Shown piece by piece: positions 7,762 to 17,262 of a stretch of 32,458 nt of DNA. Source of the DNA: Candidatus Poseidoniaceae archaeon (GTDB lineage: Archaea > Thermoplasmatota > Poseidoniia > Poseidoniales > Poseidoniaceae); assembly GCA_030741225.1 (NCBI GenBank), contig JASLVU010000003.1, positions 1 through 32,458 on the forward strand. The letters are read 5' to 3'. The first letter of the stretch is position 1, and each line of letters opens with the position of its first letter. Below the pieces are notes generated by a model that was not told where the DNA came from, ran no database searches, and saw only the letters and a program-made list of their open reading frames with translations. Both the position numbers and the translations under genes were made by a program.

Positions 7762-10700
7762 ATGAACGGAAATAGTATGCCAGCGATAACTCTTGAAGCA
7801 GTTCCCTCGGGCCATAATATTCCTACATGGCTCCTCCAAAGCATATGTGATGGAGAGTGTGACAATCATCTTTTCTTGTATCCAAACGAAGGTAGCAGGA
7901 GTCAAGTCCTGCATCGATTAGCACAATTAAATGTTCCAATTGATACAACGCATCACCTTACACTGCGTCGGTTGATTTCTTTGATGATTCTCGATTCAGG
8001 ATTGCCACCTGTTCTTCAAGACAGTTCGGGATTGTTTCTATCTATCCACGCCCATGTCAAAAAGGCTGCTGAATCCGGCGATTTACCTCTGATGTATTCT
8101 CCTCAAAATCAAAGGCAATGGTCACCATATCAAACCGAACGTCTGCTTGCATTGCATCACTCGTTAAGTGAATTGAAGAATCCTTGGAATTGGGATAACG
8201 ACCCAGGTGCAAAGGAGTTTGATTCTATTTTGAGAAAGGTCTGTGAGCAATTGGGAGGGACTCACCCACATCATGCGCTTACAAGCTTGATCAAACATTT
8301 CAAAGAAAACGATTCAGTACCGTTTACACTCAACGATGTTCAAGGTCTATTTGTCTTAGATTCAGCCCCAGACTACACTGAGGTCGAACGAACTTTCCTT
8401 CAACAGATTGGATGTATGCGGCCAGTACACCAACTGTGTGTCCCCGGTTCCTTTCGACTTGGTTATCATGGGTCACATTTGCTTGAGGGTGATTGGGAAT
8501 ACGTGAATGAAGAAACCTTGCCTTCCTGGATTCCGAAACATCAAATTTGGGATTTTGACGACATAAATTCGTGGAGGTCTCCTGTTTCCCTTGAACGCAA
8601 GACCACGTATCATCGAATAACTGTCAACCGGAGAGCACATTGTATCGATGCCGCTTTTGAAATCCTTCATGAGTATCGTCAATCGATGAATGGGGAGGTT
8701 CTCATCATCGATGGCTCTGCAGAGAACAACAGAAGAATGTGGAATTCTAGGCTTCGTTCGCTTGGCTACCTTACTGGTTTTGAAAAACAATCTCTTGAAC
8801 AAATTCCGTCTCTTGCGAGTCTCGCTCATCTCATGAGGATTGGTGATGGTTTAGACGCTTGGTCGATTGATAAGTTAAAATCGTTATTTGAAAATCAAAG
8901 CCTTCCTCTTCCAAATGGAGGAGTAGGAGGTTTGCAGCACCCTACCAAAACAGATTGGACTCCTCGCCCCCATCCGCACATTTTGGAAAATATTGCTCGT
9001 ACCTTTCATGTCCGAGGTGGTTTAGGTGCACTTCATCGATGGCTTTCTACGCTTTCAAACGCAACTCCACAACTTGGAATTGAGCGAGAAAGGGCATTAC
9101 AAGAACTTGAGGAAACTCAATGGTGGCTTGGATGTATTGCTCAAACATGGCACCCGCTTCTCGACAAATTTTCTCAAGAGGTATTGAAGACTGAAATCAT
9201 CGGTTGTTCGTCTGGTGAAAAACTTCCAATGCCCCCACGTCCCAAAGACGGTTTGCAGTGGCTTGATACGTTGCTTTCGAAATTGGATTGGGATTCTCTG
9301 AAAGACCTAACGGTTGGCCACAATCGTTCTATCGCAGGATTACAACACCTTCGCGAATCACACAAAACCACTCAAAAAACGCTAAAAAAAGCGAACTTAG
9401 AAGTTCCGTCAACCGGCCAAGAATTTCTCAATTATATCGACCATTTAATTCAAAACACCACCGTTCCACGTACGCGAAACAGAGGAAATCAAATACAAAT
9501 TTTAACTCCTGAAGAGGCTCAAGGGATGGAGGCAGACCTCGTTCTTCTTGTTGGATTGGATGTTGGTTCATGGGCGATGAAGTCTCCAAGAGTTCCCTGG
9601 CTCGATGCGCAATCTAAACTCCGATTAGGCATGCTTCATTCTGATTTGACAATTCGCAAAGGCCGTCACCATCTGCGCCATTTGTTAAATTCTGCAACAT
9701 CCGTAATTGTGTTTGATAGCACAAAAGAAGAAGGGGGCGGCCCTAGCGCTCCCCTTGCGGAATGGTTCACTGAGTTACGCCAAAGTGGGGAGCTTTCATT
9801 GCTTCAAAACCCCCCGAGTTTTCTCCCTCAATCTTCCCATCAAACTGGAAATTTGAATCGAAGTTGGCATTGGACTACCGATGAACACGGTGAAGCATGG
9901 CTAACGCCAAGGCCGTTTACTGTGTCTGTTCAAGATGGAGTCATTTTTGCCGAGCGCGCAGGACATCGCCTTCGTGACCAACGGCAACGCCTCGGATTAG
10001 CATTGAGAGATGGCCTCCAACCCAGCGGTAATGTACTTTCAAAAAGTTCAGTGGCGATGGCACATGAGGTTTCCATTCAACTGGACCGATTTCATCGTCA
10101 GCCTAGCCACAAAAATTTAGAGAAGAACGAATATCTTCCGTGGCACCTTCGAAAGTATTTACTCAGTGTTGATGGGCTAAATTTGCGTCCGAAGAAAAGT
10201 CAAGTTTCAGTTGGTAGCAACCAACATGAATCATGGCCGAATCTTGGTATGAAAGGTTCGAGGAGTAACGGACCTGCAATAGATCCACGTCCATTACCTC
10301 CACAGAATATGAAGAGTGATATTCTCAATTCGGTGATGGGGTATTCCACTCCAATTGAAGTCGATGTTTGGTCTCCAAGCCGAATTCAGTCTTGGCTTGA
10401 ATGTCCGCGTTTAGCATGGATGAAAAACCATCTCAAAGCTCAAGCCCAAGAATCGCAGTCTGAAGATTTGGACCACAGGACTCGCGGTACTATTCTGCAC
10501 GATGCTGAAGCTTCCCTACTGCGTTTCCACGGTGTTCCTACGGCGGCACGACCGATAACTTCGCCTCTACCTCTCGATCGAACTCCTTTGGAACAACTTT
10601 GGCTTTCGATTCTCGATTTCCTCAGGGATGAGGTCTCTTGGCTCAAACGTGACGACGCTATTGCTGTTCATCGTTGTAGAGAAATGCTTGGTGTCACTCC

Positions 10701-11493
10701 AGATGTATGGCGAAATTATCTCGAAGGAGAGGGGCAAATTTCCTGTGGCGGCCGGATAGGAAGGATGCTCCTTTCGGATTATTCACTGAATCATGCTGCG
10801 CCGATAGCATGCGAATATGGTGTCGGACTTGACGGGAACTCAGCAATTACATTGGATGCTTGCGATGACAAAGGAAATCCTTCACCGTTCAAAATTCGTG
10901 GAAGAATTGATCGAGTTGACGAAATCGTTCTTGATGAGAAGCAAAGGAAGGAAGCAATTGCAGACGGCGTCCTTTCCGAAACCCTCGTATCAGAGCCGAT
11001 GCCCCTGGGGCCAGGCCTTCTCCCTCCGGCGAATCGCTTGGTTGTCATTCGGGATTTGAAGACAATCAATGGACCTAAAATCAATGAACAGGGGAATCGG
11101 CATCGACGTGGTTTATTTGATGAAGTACAACTCGCATTGTACGCAAGGGCATGGGAATTGTCGTTCCCCGGCGATCGCGTTGTAGGCATCGGAGTAACCG
11201 AAATAGGAGAATCTACAGTTCATTACCTTGAAATGGACCAGTCTGTAACCAAATATCTGCATGATGCAGAAATAGGAGAACGAACATATTACTCACAAAA
11301 ATTGCATCGATATCTCGAATCGCAATCGAGTGAGGATATTGGATTACGAGCGTTGATTGCAGAACGACTGAGAACCTCAAACCGTGCAATTTTAGCAGCA
11401 AAATCTGGTAATGTGAACTCAACTCCGGGGCGTCACTATTCGTTTAGTCCAATACGCCTTGTGTATCCAAGTAAATTTGGAGGGAATGCATGA
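7762..11493 (+). CDS. addB: AddB/RexB-like subunit: inactive helicase-like body plus C-terminal PD-(D/E)XK nuclease
   Basis: Degenerate helicase motif V (ILTPEEAQGMEADLVLLVGL), no Walker A, WSPSRIQSWLECP, RGTILH, IRGRIDRVD, IRDLKT and QLALY. Coupled (ATGA) to a downstream UvrD/AddA gene. Start uncertain (TTG 7711, ATG 7762 or ATG 7777). Confidence 0.8.
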   Translation: MNGNSMPAITLEAVPSGHNIPTWLLQSICDGECDNHLFLYPNEGSRSQVLHRLAQLNVPIDTTHHLTLRRLISLMILDSGLPPVLQDSSGLFLSIHAHVKKAAESGDLPLMYSPQNQRQWSPYQTERLLALHHSLSELKNPWNWDNDPGAKEFDSILRKVCEQLGGTHPHHALTSLIKHFKENDSVPFTLNDVQGLFVLDSAPDYTEVERTFLQQIGCMRPVHQLCVPGSFRLGYHGSHLLEGDWEYVNEETLPSWIPKHQIWDFDDINSWRSPVSLERKTTYHRITVNRRAHCIDAAFEILHEYRQSMNGEVLIIDGSAENNRRMWNSRLRSLGYLTGFEKQSLEQIPSLASLAHLMRIGDGLDAWSIDKLKSLFENQSLPLPNGGVGGLQHPTKTDWTPRPHPHILENIARTFHVRGGLGALHRWLSTLSNATPQLGIERERALQELEETQWWLGCIAQTWHPLLDKFSQEVLKTEIIGCSSGEKLPMPPRPKDGLQWLDTLLSKLDWDSLKDLTVGHNRSIAGLQHLRESHKTTQKTLKKANLEVPSTGQEFLNYIDHLIQNTTVPRTRNRGNQIQILTPEEAQGMEADLVLLVGLDVGSWAMKSPRVPWLDAQSKLRLGMLHSDLTIRKGRHHLRHLLNSATSVIVFDSTKEEGGGPSAPLAEWFTELRQSGELSLLQNPPSFLPQSSHQTGNLNRSWHWTTDEHGEAWLTPRPFTVSVQDGVIFAERAGHRLRDQRQRLGLALRDGLQPSGNVLSKSSVAMAHEVSIQLDRFHRQPSHKNLEKNEYLPWHLRKYLLSVDGLNLRPKKSQVSVGSNQHESWPNLGMKGSRSNGPAIDPRPLPPQNMKSDILNSVMGYSTPIEVDVWSPSRIQSWLECPRLAWMKNHLKAQAQESQSEDLDHRTRGTILHDAEASLLRFHGVPTAARPITSPLPLDRTPLEQLWLSILDFLRDEVSWLKRDDAIAVHRCREMLGVTPDVWRNYLEGEGQISCGGRIGRMLLSDYSLNHAAPIACEYGVGLDGNSAITLDACDDKGNPSPFKIRGRIDRVDEIVLDEKQRKEAIADGVLSETLVSEPMPLGPGLLPPANRLVVIRDLKTINGPKINEQGNRHRRGLFDEVQLALYARAWELSFPGDRVVGIGVTEIGESTVHYLEMDQSVTKYLHDAEIGERTYYSQKLHRYLESQSSEDIGLRALIAERLRTSNRAILAAKSGNVNSTPGRHYSFSPIRLVYPSKFGGNA

Positions 11494-14400
11494 TGATTCG
11501 GTTTAATCGTAGTCAGCGCCTAGGTTTGGACTTGGACAAACATATAGCCCTTGACGCCGGAGCCGGAACTGGAAAAACCACGGTTATGGCAGAACGTTAT
11601 GTTCAACATCTTTTGTCTCATGAACAAAGAGCAACTTTGCTTCTACCCCCAGGCCCGCGAGAGCCATTGAACGGCCATGGCTCCTTACGTGCTCCGCCAA
11701 AACAGCGCACCAGTCAGAAGGAATGGAAAGCCTTACTTCCCAGTGAAACGGTTGCAATTACATTTACGAAAAAAGCAGCATCAGAATTGAAATCAAGAAT
11801 CCGTTCAAGAGTTGCACAAACACGTTCCAGCCCAATTCAATCAGGAGATGTCGATGGGATTTTCGACCCAAGAATTCGTGACCAAGCCGATGTTGAAATG
11901 CTTCTTTCATCGCTGGACGAGGCACCAATCTCTACAATTGACGCATTTCTTTCTCAACTTGTATCCCCTCATCTTGATTCTGTCGCAATTCATCCGAGCA
12001 GAGAACAGATTGCGGAAGAACGCTCGCCGTTGTTAACTCGCGAGGTTTTACAATCCGCATGGAGAATTCGAACAGTTTCAGATGCTCTCGAGGCAGGCGT
12101 ACGAGGCAATGTTGCGGAATTCATTTCTGCACGTAATCGGCTGGCGATTCTTCTTGGTGGTCAAGAACGAGCTGCCGTAGTTCTCAGTGGTATGCTCGGA
12201 AAATCATTGTTCGTTGAAGAATCTCACCGAGCAATGGTGTCGCGAGCAAAATCAATAGGCCATTTTTGGGATGGAAGAAGTTCATTGCCGAATGAAGTAC
12301 TCATGGATATGTTTTTGGAACCAGTTCGTGATATTGCCGTAGAATACACTCAGATTCTGCAAGGTCTACTTGTACAATGGACAGACCATTTCTTGGGATA
12401 TTCGACACATTATGTCGCACCATGTGAATTGGAAATCGAAACATCGCTTACACGGTTTAACCATCTAACAAATCTAGCTAGAGAGCCGTTGCCGGAGAAT
12501 CCAATTGAATGTATTCAGTGGGTTTGGCAAGTGGCGCTTGCCTCAACTTCAGCCAGTCAGTTGGAGTCAGAGGACGAACCAAACTTTTTCCCAAAAGGCG
12601 GCTTACCTCAAGCGAACCATTCAAATGGATGGCATCCGGGACTTTACGGAAAGTCTGCAGCAACCACATTGTCGAAAGGGGTTCGAGATACTCTCCATGC
12701 AGAAGCCGCGCTCTTGGCTGAAAGTCTACGTAGTCATCTCAATTCACGCCAAGGACGGCTTGTTCGCTTGCTTGGAAAATGTGCTTTTTTGTTTCAGCCA
12801 TTATCTGATATTCCATACATGCCAGATGATTGTGAACTTCGTCCACAACCCGTCGGTACTGAATTTGAAGATTTAGCTCCTTCAGGTAATCTCAGAATTT
12901 CCAGTGAGTTACAAACAAGTGTTCTCAGCGATTTGCTACTTGTCCATCGTGGATGTCAAGACATTCTAACTTTGATGAAAGCCCAAGAAGGGGTTCACGA
13001 CTATGACGACATTCAACGATTAGCGGCTGATTTAACCCTTGCCCGTTGCCCAGACATTGTCCGTCACATCTATCCCCATGAAGTGGTTCAAGCATTGGAT
13101 AGTTTCGATGATGAACCGTGGTCCGACCGTCATATCGCTCGAGCAATAAGGTTGGCGTCAGATGATCAACAATGTTTTGAAGATTTAAATCGCAGATTCG
13201 CTGTTTTGCAATCGATTCGACGCCAGTTTCGAGCTTTTATTATCGATGAATTTCAAGACACGAACCCTGCGCATTTCCGACTTCTCGCTCGGTTATGGGG
13301 TCATCGGAATGCAAATTTTGACGAGCCAAAAAAACCACTCGGACCATGGGATCCGACAATTTGTATAGTTGGGGATATGAAGCAGAGTATCTATCGTTTC
13401 CGTCAAGCAGAGGTAACAGTCATGCGAAGGACAGTATCCGCGATTAAGCTTGCCAATGAAACAGAGTTGCTGGACTCTCGATTAGACCATCTACGTAAGA
13501 ACGGCCATGGTCGTGACCCGAGGCCTGTTGGTGCTGGTGGTCAAACCGGTTCGTTCATTGTAGGTACAGAGGTCAAAGGTTCGTCAATACCCTCTCTACC
13601 TTGGGAGCATGTCAGTTTTGCATTTGACGACGATGAGAGCGCATTCAATGTTCTTGACGAGGAACATAAGCATCGGCGCTCGCTCGGACATGTTGACCTT
13701 ACATCGAATCACAGAACATTACCGAATCTAATGGATATGATGAACGGTATGTTCCAAGATGTATTTTCCCCACGACACCACCTTCTCCCTGGCGACTGGC
13801 ACGCAGAACATCAACATCTTCGGGCAGCACGTGTATTAGATAATTCAAACGAATCTAATTCCAGCATTATTTCGGTAAATAATGAGAGCAGTGATGCGAA
13901 ATCATCTCTCTCCAATTGCCACGGAAAATCCACTATCGACTCAAAACAGCAAGGGCAAGTTGAATGGCTTTTACCGCTTCAAATTGATGCTCAGAATCCG
14001 AGCCTAGAACTTGACGAGTACTTCGATACCTTCAGTGCACTTGAAGCTTCAAACCATCACCTCGAAAATGAGTTAATTGCAGCACGATTGCAGGCACTTC
14101 TCTCTCATCGGCCAACACAAGTTTGGAATTCGAAGACGGATTCTTACACCGAAATACCTCAAAATAATACCGAGGTGAAGCCCGAAGATGTCCTGGTGCT
14201 TGTTCATTCTCGAAAACATATTCCAGATTTGATGACTCGATTGCAATCGAGAGGAGTTCCGGTCATGGCCGACAGGCAGGGCGCTTTACTCTCACAACCA
14301 ATCGCGTTACCCTTACTTTCATGCCTCGAACTTCTTGCTAATCCAATGTCTCGTCATGCTGCACTAACACTTGCCCGCTCCCCAGTTTTCGGATTCAATG

Positions 14401-16580
14401 ACGCAGAATCTCACCGTTTAATGACTCAAGAGTTTGAAGGAAATTGGTGGCAAAAAATACAGCATTTTGCCCCGAATGATTCGATTCGTCAGCTTGCCCA
14501 TCATCTTGAACAACTTGTTCAGTGTGGTGCATTGCACGATGTGTTTGATGTAATTCTGGACCATTCTGACCTTTTGGTGGCTTATCCAGATGATACTTCT
14601 CGCCAAAATGCCGAGTCGATATGTGCTTTGATGGTCAATATAGGCAATGAGCTAGGTCACGAACCTTCTGCAATCTTTAATCGACTCACTGATCTTGAAG
14701 ACTTGGGCAATCAAGGTCCATCAGCTATTACGACACCTTCCGGCGGAGCAGTTCAAATCATGACCATTCATGGTGCTAAAGGGCTTCAAGCGCCGGTCGT
14801 CGTCGTAGCAGGATTATTCCACGCCGGGAAGTCTGATGCAGCCCTAGCAGCGAGAAACAATGTCCTTGTCACACCTCAAGTTATTGCCGGCAGAATAAAT
14901 CCATGGAGTTCTCGCGAACGACCCAAAGACGGTCTTTGGGAATTCACCAAGTGCATCGACCATGCTCAGCGCCAAGCAGAACGACGTCGAGAGTTCTATG
15001 TTGCTTTGACGAGGGTGGAGAATCATCTGATTTTATCCGGTTCTCCATCTCGAACCGCAGAAATAGATTCGAAAACCAAGAAATTGATGGTTCGAGTAAA
15101 ACCATCACTCAAAACTATGGGGGGGATGCTCTTGGATGGTTTACGCAGTCTTTCGCATCAAAACCGGATAGAGGATTCTCCGTGGCTATTGGAGGGAGAT
15201 GATTTCGCATCACCGCTCTCATCCTTTACCGAAACAATGCTGGAATTAGATCCGTTTGAATTATCCAATACTTCTCTGCTTGGAATCCCTACTCTGGGGG
15301 GGATAAACATCTATCATGGACCACAATGTTTCCCGAATTTACAGAACAAAACCCCTCTCCAACAATGGTACGCTGTTGAGCAGCGTATGAGCGGACTCTC
15401 CGATGGACACAAGACCGACAAGAAGGTTGTTCCAACAGTTCATCAAATTCTAAGGATGCCAGCACACAGTCTTGACTCAAGTTTCAACAATCCACGAACT
15501 CACTGGTTGACGGAGGTTCGAGGATGGATGCCGGAACCATTCCACTTCTTTTCAACCCAAGCAGGAGAGAGCATGAAACCCAAATCTCTCTATCCTGAGG
15601 CCACGGTATTTGGAACTCTCATGCACCGACTTATTGAAATCGGACTTCAAAACCCCGCATCTCAAAACGGTCCACCAGTTCTTGATTTACCTTCGGCATG
15701 GGTGTATGATGGAGAAGACAAACTCGATGATTATGAAACCATCAAACGCGTCATGGCAGAAGAAGGTCTTGGCGTTGACCAGTCAAGCGATGACGTAGCA
15801 CAAAGAACTGCAAAAAGGTTGGCTGAACTGGGCCGCTTGATACGAATCGGATTGCTTGGTAAGTATGCTGCTGGTGGTCAATATCATGGATATGTGGTGG
15901 AAGGACTAAGGACGGAATTACCGTTTTATTATGTTGACAAGGTGAATTTTTCTGATTTATTCAGAACGGGGTTCTCAGTCAATGGACCAGTACCTCTCTC
16001 TCAAATCAATCATGTGGATGTTGTGTTTGATGGTCGAGCAGACCTTGTACTCGCCTTACGAGATGACAACGGGAATGGATTTTTGCAAGTTGTTGACTTG
16101 AAAACCAAAGGATGCCGAGATGAATTCAACTCGGATGATTCCAGCCGAGGTAGTTCATTACAACGCTATGAAGGTGATCTCCTCGACCCTCATGCATCAA
16201 CCGGTGCAGAAGCCACAATTCTTGAGCAACATAAACTGCAACTTACGTTGTATTCCCTCGCATTAGAATCAATTGAGTTACAAAAGCCCGAATCAAAACG
16301 CCGAACAGTACTCCCGCCTTCGCTTCTCATAGGCGCATCTGGCAGGATTGTCCAAATGACACCAGAAGAATACTACGAATCCAAAAAGTTGTTTTCGAAG
16401 CATGTTCGTTGGATGGCTCAGTTGTCTGCAGCACCTGAAACAGTTCCGGAGCCGTTAACTGTTGAAGACTCCAATGGAGATGTTTTGGCGTTGTGCCCAT
16501 TTTCAAAGGGAGACATCCGATTGGGTCTTTCCGGAGACGATATTCTTGGGAACAATGAAGAAAGAGATTATGATTTGTAA
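11490..16580 (+). CDS. addA: AddA/UvrD-family ATP-dependent helicase-nuclease
   Basis: Walker A AGAGTGKT (11556-11579), AITFTKKAASELKSRI, STIDAF, DEFQDT (13245), VGDMKQSIYRFRQA, MTIHGAKGLQ and FYVALTR. C-terminal RecB-type nuclease FGTLMH / GRADLV / VDLKT / QLTLY. Confidence 0.9.
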   Translation: MMIRFNRSQRLGLDLDKHIALDAGAGTGKTTVMAERYVQHLLSHEQRATLLLPPGPREPLNGHGSLRAPPKQRTSQKEWKALLPSETVAITFTKKAASELKSRIRSRVAQTRSSPIQSGDVDGIFDPRIRDQADVEMLLSSLDEAPISTIDAFLSQLVSPHLDSVAIHPSREQIAEERSPLLTREVLQSAWRIRTVSDALEAGVRGNVAEFISARNRLAILLGGQERAAVVLSGMLGKSLFVEESHRAMVSRAKSIGHFWDGRSSLPNEVLMDMFLEPVRDIAVEYTQILQGLLVQWTDHFLGYSTHYVAPCELEIETSLTRFNHLTNLAREPLPENPIECIQWVWQVALASTSASQLESEDEPNFFPKGGLPQANHSNGWHPGLYGKSAATTLSKGVRDTLHAEAALLAESLRSHLNSRQGRLVRLLGKCAFLFQPLSDIPYMPDDCELRPQPVGTEFEDLAPSGNLRISSELQTSVLSDLLLVHRGCQDILTLMKAQEGVHDYDDIQRLAADLTLARCPDIVRHIYPHEVVQALDSFDDEPWSDRHIARAIRLASDDQQCFEDLNRRFAVLQSIRRQFRAFIIDEFQDTNPAHFRLLARLWGHRNANFDEPKKPLGPWDPTICIVGDMKQSIYRFRQAEVTVMRRTVSAIKLANETELLDSRLDHLRKNGHGRDPRPVGAGGQTGSFIVGTEVKGSSIPSLPWEHVSFAFDDDESAFNVLDEEHKHRRSLGHVDLTSNHRTLPNLMDMMNGMFQDVFSPRHHLLPGDWHAEHQHLRAARVLDNSNESNSSIISVNNESSDAKSSLSNCHGKSTIDSKQQGQVEWLLPLQIDAQNPSLELDEYFDTFSALEASNHHLENELIAARLQALLSHRPTQVWNSKTDSYTEIPQNNTEVKPEDVLVLVHSRKHIPDLMTRLQSRGVPVMADRQGALLSQPIALPLLSCLELLANPMSRHAALTLARSPVFGFNDAESHRLMTQEFEGNWWQKIQHFAPNDSIRQLAHHLEQLVQCGALHDVFDVILDHSDLLVAYPDDTSRQNAESICALMVNIGNELGHEPSAIFNRLTDLEDLGNQGPSAITTPSGGAVQIMTIHGAKGLQAPVVVVAGLFHAGKSDAALAARNNVLVTPQVIAGRINPWSSRERPKDGLWEFTKCIDHAQRQAERRREFYVALTRVENHLILSGSPSRTAEIDSKTKKLMVRVKPSLKTMGGMLLDGLRSLSHQNRIEDSPWLLEGDDFASPLSSFTETMLELDPFELSNTSLLGIPTLGGINIYHGPQCFPNLQNKTPLQQWYAVEQRMSGLSDGHKTDKKVVPTVHQILRMPAHSLDSSFNNPRTHWLTEVRGWMPEPFHFFSTQAGESMKPKSLYPEATVFGTLMHRLIEIGLQNPASQNGPPVLDLPSAWVYDGEDKLDDYETIKRVMAEEGLGVDQSSDDVAQRTAKRLAELGRLIRIGLLGKYAAGGQYHGYVVEGLRTELPFYYVDKVNFSDLFRTGFSVNGPVPLSQINHVDVVFDGRADLVLALRDDNGNGFLQVVDLKTKGCRDEFNSDDSSRGSSLQRYEGDLLDPHASTGAEATILEQHKLQLTLYSLALESIELQKPESKRRTVLPPSLLIGASGRIVQMTPEEYYESKKLFSKHVRWMAQLSAAPETVPEPLTVEDSNGDVLALCPFSKGDIRLGLSGDDILGNNEERDYDL

Positions 16581-17185
16581 CCGACCATTGCTAATGTGCC
16601 AACAAACCCGTCTCTGACACCAACTCTATGGAGGGAAACATCGACAAATCCTGCATCCAGCATTGCTTTCTCCCACTGCTTTTCGCTTCGAGTTGACATG
16701 TGTACATTGAGAGCCTCCGCCCAGTCAAGACTGTCTTCATTTTCGAGGTAATGGTCGATACCAATGACAGCCATCCCACCGCTTTTGAGCCATATATCGT
16801 GGAATGCTTTGAGCATCTTTTCAGGTTCCTTAAGGTAGTACAGAAACTCCATACTGTGAATTAAGTCGAACGTAGTATCGGGCTTCCAATGAGGTAGTTT
16901 TGCGACGTAGTATTCGCCATCCGCATCTAAAGATTTGGCTTTTTCAACCATCTTTTGAGAACCATCAACTCCCACAATGCGTGAACAAAATTCATCCTCT
17001 CCAATCAGTCTGCAAACCCATCCATTCCCACATCCAACATCGATAGCTGTGAAGTTTGACTTCCTTGGCAAAGCGGCTATTTTTAGCATTTCATGTACCG
17101 AATTAGCATGGCCCTTTTCCATTCCCCGATCTTTGCCTTTGTCAGCCCATTCACCGAACAGGTCCGTCGCATCTCGAAGGCTCAT
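16568..17185 (-). CDS. Class I SAM-dependent methyltransferase
   Basis: AIDVGCGNG motif I, VGVDGS, FDLIHSMEFLYY and LKSGG. Confidence 0.9.
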   Translation of the reverse strand: MSLRDATDLFGEWADKGKDRGMEKGHANSVHEMLKIAALPRKSNFTAIDVGCGNGWVCRLIGEDEFCSRIVGVDGSQKMVEKAKSLDADGEYYVAKLPHWKPDTTFDLIHSMEFLYYLKEPEKMLKAFHDIWLKSGGMAVIGIDHYLENEDSLDWAEALNVHMSTRSEKQWEKAMLDAGFVDVSLHRVGVRDGFVGTLAMVGYKS

Positions 17186-17262
17186 AATTTCCCTCGAACC
17201 GAGACATTACAAGAACGTGTTTATTGCGAAAAGAACTTTTCCTACCGACTCTTGAAAGATTC

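Noticed and set aside
7515-7914. Minus-strand ORFs of 116 and 84 aa across the divergent intergenic region
   Set aside because: They overlap the addB start and the promoter elements and show no recognisable motifs.
10380-11493. Cas4-like nuclease suggesting a CRISPR system
   Set aside because: It is the C-terminal domain of an AddB-like protein next to AddA. No repeat-spacer array or other cas genes are present.
11490-16580. Intein as an explanation for the large AddA
   Set aside because: No C/S...HN-C/S/T splice junctions or LAGLIDADG motifs are visible, and the extra length is spread over several inserts.
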